This document shows, piece by piece, positions 11,412 to 22,596 of a DNA stretch of 35,805 nt. Below the pieces are notes generated by a model that ran no database searches, was not told the DNA's origin, and saw only the letters and a list, made by a program, of their open reading frames with translations. The translations under genes were made by a program, and so were the position numbers. Numbering within the stretch: the first letter of the stretch is position 1; each line of letters starts with the position of its first letter. Origin of the DNA: Chiloscyllium plagiosum (lineage: Eukaryota). The stretch lies in NCBI RefSeq assembly GCF_004010195.1, contig NC_057719.1, positions 51,040,913 to 51,076,717 of the forward strand. Reading direction: 5' to 3'.

Positions 11412-11557
11412 TATCTTCTCTCCAATACAAGGGCGTTATATTAATATTTTTCCAATTCACTGGAATCTTTCCCATGTCCAGGGAATTTTGGAATATCATC
11501 ACTAATTGGTATCTCTGATGCTACTTCCTTTAAGACCCTAAGATGTCAACAATCAGA
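11412..11557 (-). mobile_element. CR1 ORF2 internal fragment
   Basis: Peptide IFQNSLDMGKIPVNWKNINITPLY matches the CR1 pre-RT motif SL.TG.VP.DW..ANV.PLFK seen at 23859-24140. Confidence 0.8.
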
Positions 11558-14009
11558 TGTCAATGAATGCTATCTCCCTTGATTGGTCTGAAGCCTGCTG
11601 ATAACTGTGGCAATCTTCCTGGTTCTGTGACTGCACTAAGTGGCACGACAAGACAGTAGTGATGTGAGGCCAGTATCTCTGGTTGATGGAGCGATGTGCA
11701 AAAAGGCAAAGCAAAGCAATTCAAGGTAGGGATGCTGTGAGCATCCAGGTAAGATCAGAGTGAGTGACACTATGAACATGAGTGAAGAACCCAGAGATAT
11801 AATGTAACCCATCCAAACCACTAGCTGGGTATACATCCCTAAGCTCAAAGTTTCCAGTGATAGTTGTCAGTGCAATACAAGGTGTAACATTGAAGTGTCA
11901 TGCAAGTGGATCAGAGATGTGCATGAGGGCTCTTAGAGATTGGTACATGTTGAATGCCCATGTCTCTGGATGTGGGCGTGCCTATGGAACACACCCAAGA
12001 TATTGGTGCCTACTGTCCAAGGTGGAGGTCTTTTGGAGCAAATGGCAAGTTGAAGATGCCATGGACCTTCTCTGGTCTCCATGTCAAGTATTCCCAATGG
12101 TTAGTTTGTGTGGTGATTTTGGTAAGATTGCAACCTGTTATGAGGTGGCTGTCAGCAAGCTATTTAATAAGCAATAGTGGGTGTCAAAAGGGAACTTGCC
12201 ACTACCTAACACAATTCTGACTACACCGTTTGAGAAAGACAAACCAGATGCAACAAGATAATCTTGATGTCGAGATGCTAAACAACTCATCCAATTCTAT
12301 CACCCATCCCATCATAGCTCATGTCACTCACAGCCTGAAAAAAGTTTGCACTTTACTGTGAAGACATCATCAGTGAAGAAGTTCCTTGTAGAATTTGTTG
12401 CAGATAGATATAAAACTCAGATTCAAGAATTTTTAAAAGTCCTAATCTTTTAACATTACTTCTTTATTCTACATTAGAAAAAGTATTTTTGTGAGCAGTT
12501 TTACAACATGGTTTGTTTCCTTTGGGTGAAGTCAACAGGGTCAAAAAGTAGGGATAATAAAATCATTGCTTTTGAATTGGTAAAGTTTCTAAGCCAAGTG
12601 ATTATGATGTTCTAAGTATAATGAATTGATTAGTGTCAAAAACTCTGAATGTGCTTATTATGTCATATATTTAATTGCTTATAACAAGTATTTTGCAACA
12701 CTTCTCATGGTGAATGACACAGTACAATGCTGTACCGATATGGAAGTGTCATTTTTTAAAAATATGTTCTCATTTCAGACACTAAACCACCTAGTAAAGA
12801 TGTTAAAATTTGCTGAATTAGCAGCAAACATCTGTCATTCTTTATGTATGCATCACAACTAAGAACACTTCTATCCTTACATCATGTTCATAGTTAAAAA
12901 TATTCCCTAACTGAGAAATAATAATAAATAGGAACCCAGGCTGATTCATTAACTCCCTTGATGATAGTCACTCTCAAACCAATTTTAATACCCATACCAC
13001 TGACCTTGGTGATTTAGCAAGGACTAAGATTGTTTCCAGAATTCTCAGGTTTCTATGGTTCAACACTACATTATGCATTTTTTAACCAATGGGTTATTAG
13101 GAAGCAGGAAAATCTGAACAATAAATTTCATTTGGGTGTGCTTGCAAAACAGTGTTGACATTTTTTCTCCTTAAAAGCGTCATAGGTAGAATGTTGTCTA
13201 TAGAAATTTAGAAATATTTTAGGGAAAATTGATTAACTGATATCTGATTGTTTAGTTTAGTTACTGACTGCAAATTCAAGTTTACATATTTTTTCATTTA
13301 CCACAAATGTTCATCAATTATGTATTGCTAGACTAAGCACAGAAGGTGGACCTCATTATCTCTCACAAGAATAGGGAAATGATAGATTGCTGTTAGTTGA
13401 CCGATCTAAAAGCAGTTCAGCTGTTTTAAGAGAATTTGTGAGAGCATCAGCAGAAGGCTGACCTGAAAGGTCAATGATGTGGTCAGCTTGTGGCCAGGTG
13501 GACAAACTTAATACCTGAACAACTGCTCTCGAGCAGCACTAAGCTGTTGCCTGTTCCCTAAAGGAAGATGATGTCAGGGGATTTGATTAGCAAAAACCTA
13601 CAGTAAAAACATTGTACAGATTACTATCGACATGCCTGTGGGATCGGGATTAAACCTGACTGGTTCACAGCTAAGGAAGCTGGTTCCTGTCAGATGACTA
13701 TTAAATAATGACTCACTGTGAAATTGTGTAGCTTGTGAGCCTCTGAAAGTTGGAAATGGATTTTTTAATCATCAGAAAATGTTGTTTTAGAACATTCTGT
13801 TGTCTACTCTCTGCCCTACTTGGTCATAAATTTGAAGGAGATATTTTTTGTGGAATAGTTTTGGATGGCTTTGGTCTGCCAGATTGACAAACACTTAATT
13901 GGTTTCATACATTTTCGCTGATAAAAAGTAAAACAGTGTTCCAACACTTCACAGGCTCCTTCCATATTTTCCCTAATTGATTGAAGACATTGTATAAGAC
14001 ATTGTTGGA

Positions 14010-14440
14010 TGGTTGTTCTTAAACCAGTAATCCAGAGACTTTAACTAATAATCTGGAAGTATTACTCCACATCCTTCTATGGCAATGTTTGAATATTAAT
14101 TCAGTTATTTAAGTAAAGCTGGATTTTTTTTTGTTGGCCACGGGAAACCAAGTGGCTGCCTTTTAAGGAAAGAAACTTAGCATCCTTAACTAATCTGGCC
14201 TACACATGACTCCAGATCTACTCACTGCCCTTGGAGCTAGACTGGCTAGCCACCCAGTTGTGGATTAGTGGTGCTAGAAGAGCACAGCAGTTCAGGCAGC
14301 ATCCGAGGACCAGTATTTTGCTGCTCCTTGGATGCTGCCTGAACTGCTGTGCTCTTCCAGCACCACTAATCTAGAATCTGGTTTCCAGCATCTGCAGTCA
14401 TTGTTTTTACCTAGCCACTCAGTTGTATCAAACTGGTACA
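14010..14440 (+). mobile_element. Deu-domain SINE (SacSINE1/AmnSINE1-like), interrupted by a PLE palindrome
   Basis: gccttttaaggaaagaaactt...tctggcctacacatgactccaga...ctgccc...agccac.cagttgtatcaaac resembles the Deu core. A related copy lies at 31813-32050. Confidence 0.6.
14262..14410. mobile_element. Fold-back (palindromic) PLE mini-insertion 1
   Basis: About 50-bp inverted arms (gattagtggtgct...gcagcatcc / ggatgctgc...agcaccactaatc) plus a one-sided tail. Flanked by the 16-bp direct repeat CTAGCCACYCAGTTGT (14246-14261, 14411-14426; 1 mismatch). Confidence 0.85.
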
Positions 14441-14753
14441 AGAAAATATATGGTTATGTGTCAAATAACACCCAAAATCCTTCTGATTTGCCCCAAAATT
14501 TAAAAAAAACTGTCCTGAACAATGAACCAGAGAATGGCTGTTACCTCTTTCATTTACCTGAAACCGGCACAATGTTCCTTCAGTCTGCAAATTGCCAGGG
14601 CACTGCATATTCATATGAGTAGCTTCCAGTATACTTAAGTGTATCACATTTGCAACCCCAACTCACAGTTTAAAATTGTTAGAAGCGTAGCTCTTAGCGC
14701 AGTCAGATTTATTGCCTTGACTGATCAGATTCATCCTGGTTGGTTAAAATTTC

Positions 14754-14947
14754 AGTGCGGTGCTGGAAAAAGCACGGCAAGTCAGGCAGCATCTGAGGAG
14801 CAGGAGAGTCGATGTTTCGGGCAGGACCCTTGCTGCTCTAAACATCGACTCTCGTGCTCTTCGGATGCTGCCTGACCTGCTGTGTTTTTTCTAGTGCCAC
14901 ACTTTAGCAACTCTGACTCTCTAGCATCTGCAGTCCTCACTATCTCC
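14754..14947. mobile_element. Fold-back PLE mini-insertion 2
   Basis: About 64-bp imperfect inverted arms (~14754-14817 / ~14840-14903) plus a right-hand tail ...agcatctgcagtcctcactatctcc. No clear TSD. Confidence 0.8.
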
Positions 14948-15189
14948 TGGTCTAAGTTTAACCAAAACTTAACAGTTAGCTGTCCATCATTGTCTGACTG
15001 GTTTATTCTACATGACAATGCCCCTACCAATTAGAATCCATCTGTCAACTAATTAGTACTGTCTTCTCTTACAGTATACAATTGTTGTTTCCTTTTTCAT
15101 TAACATTTTTCCAGGTATTCTGATGAGTATAATTTGAAAAACATTAACAAAAATCATATTTTTTCAGTACATTCATGTTCTGGGCCGCC

Positions 15190-15392
15190 AAACAGCCACC
15201 CACTATCATTACTTGGAACTATATTGCTCTTCCTTCAGTGCTGTTGGGTTAAAATCCTGGAAATTACTCTCTGCCGGACTGTGGGTATAGTTTGATTACA
15301 GGAAGGTAGCTGACCATCATCTTCTTAAAGACAATGTCATGGATAGACAATAAATGTCATCTTTCCTACAATACAAACTGAATGAATAAAAA
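15190..15392 (+). mobile_element. Old CR1-like LINE 3' end (tail type shared with the Deu-SINE)
   Basis: acttggaactatattg..ttccttca..gggttaaaatcctggaa...ggatagacaataaatg...tgaatgaataaaaa. The same tail occurs at 32000-32050. Confidence 0.55.
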
Positions 15393-15978
15393 GTCTCATG
15401 TAGAATTGGAGAAGAAGGTCCCAATTTGACCCTCAGTAAAGTGACCTGAATTTCAATGGCATTTGGGATACTACCATTAGGCAAAATGCCTTCAGATAGG
15501 GAGAGAATATTCAGCAAGAGTCACTGTTGAGCAATATCTTTTGAAAGGTGTGAAATTGCGAATAGTGAATGCTGAGCTAGAGCCTGAGCAGACTGTGATT
15601 TTATTCCTGTTTAAGTAACTTGCTGACATTCAATTCCTTTGCTCAAACCTATAGAATACTCAGTCGGATTGCGTAGTGTACCTATCACGAATCAGAGCCT
15701 TTGCAATCGCAAGGAAGAAAAAGATCCCTGCTCTTTGTATCTGGAGAATAAAGCACTCCTGAGGCTTTGTACTTGATTAACAGCTAGTCATTCCAAGAAA
15801 AGTGAAGTGTTTTTCACAAATGTATTCAAGATAATTCATGCTAAAGAAGTTGGAATCTGTCTTTAGTGGTGCGGATGCAATTTAACTCTTTAAGACCAAC
15901 ATTGCTGATGTTATGATTTTAAATTCTTTGATGGAAGAATACCAAATAGAGTTCAATACTAGGGTTGTGTATATATCC

Positions 15979-16198
15979 AGAGGAAGTGAGGACTGCAGAT
16001 GCTGGAGATCAGAGCTGAAAATGTGTTGCTGGAAAAGTGCAGCAGGTCAGGCAGCATCCAAGGAGCAGGAGAATCGACGTTTCGGGCATGAGCCCTCCTT
16101 CAGGATTCCTGAAGAAGGGCTCATGCCTGAAATGTCAATTCTCCTGCTCCTTGGATGCTGCCTGACCTCCTGCACTTTTCCAGCAACACATTTTCAGC
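15979..16198. mobile_element. Fold-back PLE mini-insertion 3 with head-to-head hammerhead motifs
   Basis: 93-bp inverted arms 16013-16105 / 16107-16199 around a single base (16106), with a 34-bp left tail. Flanked by the exact 14-bp direct repeat TTGTGTATATATCC (15965-15978, 16199-16212). Confidence 0.9.
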
Positions 16199-16538
16199 TT
16201 GTGTATATATCCCCTGATTTTAAGGATCGGTTGGTAGTAATTATTTTACGTGTCATGACATTACCTAACAGATTTGTTTGGAAGGCTCATGGAAATTGAA
16301 TACTCAATGGATGGCTTAAAGCTTTTATTTTAAAGTGCCTATATAGGAAGCTGGATAGGTGCAGGCAATTTGATTTGTTTGAAAAGCCCTTAAATGCCAG
16401 TGTAGCCTCAGATTACAAGACTGCATTTTCCCAAAATTTGGTCTAGTGTGAATGTTGGGAGATTTCATGACGTGTTTATCTCTGAGTGCTTCAGTAAGCT
16501 TGCTGCACAATTTTATGGTACTCACCTCATTACTTTTG

Positions 16539-16617
16539 GCTTATGCCCGAAACGTCGATTCTCCTGTTCCCTGGATGCTGCCTGACCTGCTGCGCTTTTC
16601 CAGCAACACATTTTCAG
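16539..16617 (+). mobile_element. 79-bp PLE pLTR fragment
   Basis: 78/79 identical to the reverse complement of 8794-8872. Flanked by the exact 13-bp direct repeat CTCATTACTTTTG (16526-16538, 16618-16630). Confidence 0.92.
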
Positions 16618-16820
16618 CTCATTACTTTTGCACCATACTTCTATGACTCTGCTGTCTCACTAGCTTGTGCTCTGCAGTGCCAGACTGTTCAGCGTTCACA
16701 CATTGCACCATCTTTCAAGCTCAGCTATGTAACATTTCAAATGCTGCTGCAAGCAGGTAATAGCCTCTCTAGGTTCCAGTGTGCAAGAATCTCCAAGGGA
16801 TATGACCAAGGGATAGAGAC

Positions 16821-17640
16821 AAATTGGCACCCTGACTTACTGACAGAGACCTGGAAGCCCTGGCGAACAGTGTAGTGGAGAACAGGACGTCTTCTTTTGT
16901 CAGGACCACTAGAAGAGACCATGTCACCAGACACTCCTAGCCTGATCTGCAGTTGCCAACCAGGCTCATGCCAGTTCCATGGAATAGAGGAATGCCCAGC
17001 AATGCTGGAAGAAGACGAATGACCTTCCGAGCCCCACAGAGATAGGTGGAATTTGGCTCATCCTGTGTCTCTTCCCTCACACTCACGCTAACTCTTCTGA
17101 ACCCAGATCCTACCCAGGCTGATGGCCTATTATTTTCATTATTGTGTGCAGCATCCTCTTCGAACAGCTGTCACCCACTTCATTTCCCCAGCTTACTAAC
17201 CCTTCCTGACCTCTGCAGGTACTATACGCTCACTTGGGACACCTCACCAACATTCCCCCATCTGTGCCACATCTAATGGCCCAATTGCTTCCACCTCAAT
17301 CCATTCTTGTCCTTATCTCATTCCAGGAGAAAATGGACCACAATAAGAAAGAGAGGGCAAAGATGAGTTGTGGGATGATTATCATTTGACTGTTCACCCC
17401 ATGGGAAGAGAGATTCCTTGCATTAGTGGGAGAGGATAGAGAAGCTCATGTGTTGATGTCATGTCTCCACAACCAAGTAGGATTCATTATGATATGAGTG
17501 CTGCCCACACCCTCAATGCCCATTGCCACCACAGTGAATGCATTCATAACATGTCCAAAACCTCTACCTTTATTTCACAACTCATTCCAATCTTGTCTCC
17601 TACAGGCATGAGTGACTCCCTACAACCTACAGCTGCATGC
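16821..17640 (+). mobile_element. Decayed spliced Myb/SANT-like gene, probably from a PIF/Harbinger transposon (copy B)
   Basis: Exon 1 reads KLAP*LTDRDLEALANSVVE/DVFFCQDH*KRPCHQTLLA*SAVANQAHASSME*RNAQQCWKKTNDL (one frameshift). An acceptor ttccAG (17326) is followed by EKMDHNKKERAKMSCG...FTPWEERFLALVGED, a donor GT at 17477, and an acceptor cctacAG at 17605. Confidence 0.7.
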
Positions 17641-18059
17641 CAGCATACTTTTGAATTGCAATTCCTCTACATAAGAGTGTAGGGATGGGTTGGGACAGCA
17701 AAGAATAGGAGGTTTCTTCCACCTCGAGCTTCCTCGAGCAGAGGAACCAGCATGATTTTAAGGATGTTGACAGATTGGAGAGCATTTTGTCTTGTCTTCT
17801 TTCTCTTCAGTTCAGTACCAGGTAAAGAAGATGGTTGTGGAAGACATAACCACATTGCAATTCCATTGGTGGTATAGATGGAGGGAAAACTCATGAAAAT
17901 CTTACACTCTCTTTTACTATCTCTCTACTCGGCTGTAAATTTTGGTGCTACATAGGTTAGTTCTTAATTCTGGTTATGCATAGCAACTGCACTCATAGCA
18001 AATTTCCATTAGGATAATAGAAATATATTAATATAAGATTTGTTTTTGATTAATTACTT

Positions 18060-20070
18060 AAATTCTAGAATGGCTCCCAATGATCAGAAGTTAGTAAAAG
18101 CAATGTTGCTTTTTAAAAAAAGAGGTATATAGAAAACAGGAAACTAAGGAAATGTTAGCCTAATTTAAATCAGTAGGCAAAATACCACAGTCAATTAACA
18201 GGAAAATCATAAAACGGCACCTCATAGAGTCATAGAGATGTACAGCATGGAAACAGACCCTTCGGCTCAACCCGTCCATGCGACCAGGTATCCCAACCCA
18301 ATCTAGTCCCACCTGCCAGCACCTGGCACATATCACTCCAAGCCCTTCCTATTCATATACCCATCCAAATGCCTTTTAAATGTTGCAATTGTACCAGCCT
18401 CCACCACATCCTCTGGCAGCTCATTCCATACTCATACCACCCTCTGTGTGAAAAAGTTGCCCCTTAAGTCTCTTTTATATCTTTCCCCTCTCACCCTAAA
18501 CCTATGCCCTCTAGTTCTGGACTCCCTGACCCCAGGGAAAAGACTNNNNNNNNNNNNNNNNNNNNNGACTCCACTTTCAAGGAGCTATGAACCTGCACTC
18601 CAAAGTCTCTTTGTTCAGCAACACTCCCTAGGAGCTTACCATTAAGTGTATAGGTCCTGCTCTGATTTGCTTTCCCAAAATGCAGCACCTTGCATTTATC
18701 TGCATTAAACTCCATCTGCCACTTCTCAACTCATTGGCCCATCTGATCAAGATCCTGTTGTAATCTGAAGTAACCTTCTTCGCTGTCCACTTACACCTCC
18801 AATTTTAGTGTCATCTGCAAACTTACTAACTATACCTCTTATGCTCACATACAAATCATTTATGTAAATGACAAAAAGTAGAGGACCCAGCACCAATCCT
18901 TGTGGCACTCCACTGGTCACAGGCCTCTAGTCTGAAAAACAACCTGTCACCACCACCCTCTGTCTTCTACCTTTGAGCCAGTTTGGATCCAAATGGCAAA
19001 TGGCTAGTTCTCTCTATATTCTGTGAGATCTAACCTTGCTAACCAGTCTGCCATGGGGAATCATGTCAAATGCCTTACTCAAGTCCATATAGATCACATC
19101 TCCTGCTCTGCCCTCAGCAATCCTCTTTGTTACTTCTTCAAAAAACTCAATCAAGCTTTTGAGACATGATTTCCCATGCACAAAGCCATGTTGACTATCC
19201 TTAATGAGTCCTTGCCTTTCCAAATACATCTACATCCTGTCCCTCAGGATTCCCTCCAACAACTTGCCCACCACCGACGTCAGGATCACTGGTCTAAAGT
19301 TCCCTGGCTTGTCCTTACCACCCTCACTGGTCTAAAGTTCCCTGGCTTGTCCTTACCACCCTTTTTAAACAGTGGCACCACGTTTGCCATCCTCCAGTTT
19401 TCCAGCACCTTACCTGTGACTATTAATGATACAAATATCTCAGCAAGAGGCCCAGCAACCACTTCTCTAGCTTCCCACAGAGTTCTAGGGTATACCTGAT
19501 CAGGTCCAGTGGATTTATCCACCTTGATGCGTTTCAAGACATCCAGCACTTCCTCCTCTGTAATATGAACATTTTTCAAGATGTCACCTTCTATTTCCCT
19601 ATATTCTATGTCTTCCATATCCTTTTCCACAGTAAATACCTAGAAAATCAGAATGAGCGAGCAGAGCAAGGAAATATTTGCATGCATAAATCACAAAGAA
19701 TTGTCATGCAGCTACAGGGAACTATTAAGTAGGCCAATTATCTGTTTGTTATTCTTACAAATGAATTGGATAATAGGAGTAATGTAATCATTTTACAATC
19801 ATATAGCTATTGGTGAAGCCATATCTAGAGTATTGTATGTAATTTTGGCTTTGTTAACTAAGGAAAGATGCATTTGCTAAAGGCACTTGTAATGTGGATT
19901 TGTTCAAGTTATCTATGCTAGCAATCAATAGATTTCTGAGTTTGATGGGAATTATAAGGACAAGGAAATAGTGTAGAAAGAAGAATTGAGATGGAAAATC
20001 AGCTGTGATCTTGATAAATGTCAAGTAGGCTGAAAGGCCATATGGCTTAGTCTAGCAGCTATTACTTATT
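18060..20070 (+). mobile_element. Old, internally deleted CR1 LINE split by a younger CR1
   Basis: Degenerate ORF2 sequence at 18060-18222 continues at 19642 (cggcacct|agaaaat = RHLEN) and later matches the ...HLEYC..FW region. Boundaries approximate. Confidence 0.6.
18223..19637 (-). mobile_element. 5'-truncated CR1-type LINE (HER1-like)
   Basis: Peptides DKSTGPDQVYPRTL, QHGFVHGKSCL, DVIYMDLSKAFD and MEFNADKCKVLHFG. The 3' tail carries catagagt repeats. Flanked by ACCT (18219-18222, 19638-19641). Confidence 0.93.
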
Positions 20071-20201
20071 TCTACTCTCATGTGCAATTTTGAAATAATG
20101 CAAAATGAAGTCTATATCAATTCTAAAATATTTTGCAGGGGTTTTCATAGCTAAAGTATCTTGCTTATCAGTGTCTAGTTGTACATTCGTATAGTTCAAT
20201 G

Positions 20202-20335
20202 GAGTTCTGAAGGAGACCCACACCAACTTGAAATATTAACTCAGGTTCTCCCTCCACAGATACTGCCAGACCTGCTGAGTTTCTTCAGCATTCTTTGTTT
20301 GTTTTTTCAGATTTCCAGCAGCTGCAATATTTTGT
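20202..20335 (+). mobile_element. Old PLE pLTR fragment with a decayed hammerhead
   Basis: GAGTT-CTGAAGG...GAAA-TATT-AACTC: a perfect 5-bp stem I brackets eroded core boxes. Same family as 4181-4315. Confidence 0.65.
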
Positions 20336-22255
20336 CTGTATATTAATATATGATTTTTTGTTTCTTCTTTTACTCTAAATGGCATGGTGAGCCTTAATTA
20401 CTAGCATTGAAAACTAATTTTCATAATTTGAATTTGATTTCTTAAGATTTTAATATTGTTCGAGATTCAGAAAAATCTAAAAAATGTTTTTACTTTTCAT
20501 ATTTATCTCTTCCATTTCTCACTTGATGTAATCTTTCTTTCGCTGTCTTAATTTCACTTTCTGTCCCAGATTTGACACAGTTGAACGCACAATTTCGAGT
20601 TCAGACTCTACACTGCTCATAAGCAACGTTTCAGTCTGGTTGGTTAAGAAGATAGATTTTTTTTATCTTATTCACACTGGCTCCAGATCATTTTAGTTCC
20701 CTTATATTCTGTCAGTTCTAGTACAAAGCCCCATTAAAACTATCTTAGCAAGAGCAACAAAAATCTGTCCCACTGTTGCATGTCAATTTCCTTATCATCA
20801 TCATGGACCTCAAAGAATCAAGGAATCATACAGAATCCCTACAGTGTGGAAGCAAGCCATTTGGCCCATCTGAAGAGCATCTGTGTAGGTTTCTCTGGTG
20901 GATATTAATCTATAGATAACCGTGGTTGGTTATGAAATGTGTAAAACGGATGCCTTCTGATTAGTTGATGATATCAGTAGTGGAACAAAGATTGTCTTGC
21001 AAAGAGATGTAAACAGCTATTTTAATGGTCAAATGCTTATTACATTGAGAGGATTGGAAGAAGATCTTATTTGAGGAAAGTAAATTGCCTCAGGCTGATT
21101 TTCCTTACTCTTTTTGATTTTGTTAGTCTGACAATTTATATCAATATAATGTTAATGTATTTCTAAAATTTTATTTAAGACGTAAAGTGTTTTAGGATAT
21201 GGTAGCCATGCAATTAAAACCTAATGCGCACATACATGGGATTGATATGCTCATAGAGTCATAGAGAGTCAACGAGTCAAACAGCACAGAAACAGGCTCT
21301 TTAACCCACCATATCTATGTCAACCAACAAACACCGAACTACAGTAATTCCATTTACCTGCACTTGGTCCACAGATTACTATGCCCCAGTATTTTAAGTA
21401 CTCATCCAGATGCTTCTTTAATGTTCCGAGAGTACTTGCCTCCACCACCTTCTCAAATAGCACATATCATGTATCCACTACCCTCTGGGTTAAAACCTTT
21501 TTTTTCTTAGATCTCCTCCACATCACTTGCTCTCCACCTTAAATTTATGTCTCCTATTCTTATACATTTCTGCCATGGGGAATGGATCCTCACAATCTAC
21601 CCTGTCTCTGCCTCCCATAATCTTGTATTCCCTCAGTTAGAAGGAAAACAAACCCAGCCTAACCTGTTTCTCCTCATAACTGAGACTTTTCCTCCCAGGC
21701 AATATCCTGAAGAATCTCCTCTGCACCCTCTCCACTTCAATCATGTCCTTCTGGTACTGTGGTGACCAGAGCCGCACACAGTACTCCATCTGTAACCTAA
21801 AGAAGGCAAGCATCCCATATGCCTCCTTCTACCTGTGCTGACACCTTCAGGGATCTGTGCACAAAAAAGGTTCCTTTGTTTCTCTGTACTCCCTATGGAC
21901 CTGCCATACATTATGTATATACTTCCCTTATTAGAGCTCTCAAAACACATCACACCACACTGAAATTAAATTAGATTAAATTCCATCTGCCATTGTTCTG
22001 CCCAATTTACCAGCTGATCAATTTCAAGCTGTAGCCTAAGACCATCCTGCTCACTACCAACAGCACTGCCACTTTTCATGCCATCTGCGCCGTCACAGAC
22101 TTCATTAGCAAATGCATGGAGGACTGCGTATCAAAGAAGCCAGTTCAAGCGTTCCCCAATCATAAACCTTGGATGAACCAGGAAATGCATTCCCTATTGA
22201 AGACCAGACATGCAGCATTCATGATGACCCAGACCAATACAGGAAAGCCAGGATA

Positions 22256-22539
22256 AGTATAGCTAATTTAAAACAGAGTTGAGGAGGAACTACTTCTCCC
22301 AAACAGTTGTGAATCTGTGGAATTCACTGCCCTGAAGTGCGGTGGATGCTGGGAGAGTGAGTCAATTTAAGGAGGAGTTAGACAGATTTTTAATTGGTAA
22401 ATGGGTAGAGGTGTTATGGGGAGAAGGTAGGAATGTGGGGGTGAGGAGTATATCAGCCATGATCCAATGGCAGAATAGACTAGATGGACCGAATGGCCTA
22501 ATTCTGCTCCTATATCTTATGAACTTATGAACTTATGAT
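22256..22539 (+). mobile_element. CR1 3'-end fragment
   Basis: FKTELRRNYFSQTVVNLWNSLP...FKEELDRFL, ending in cttatgaa repeats. Confidence 0.88.
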
Positions 22540-22596
22540 GTTCAGGAGATTTTTCATGTCCGTAAGAATCTTCACCAACTTGATTGCTGGCATGGT

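Noticed and set aside
15119..15150. CTGATGA...GAAA as another hammerhead
   Set aside because: No convincing stem I or II; at best a very decayed PLE remnant.
14262..16198. Palindromes interpreted as DNA-transposon MITEs or miRNA genes
   Set aside because: The arms match the pLTR physically attached to the PLE RT at 8794-10070, are asymmetric, and have long variable TSDs.
17667..17894. 75-aa minus-strand ORF with a CCTCGAGC direct repeat, as an exon of another gene
   Set aside because: No recognisable homology or splice context.
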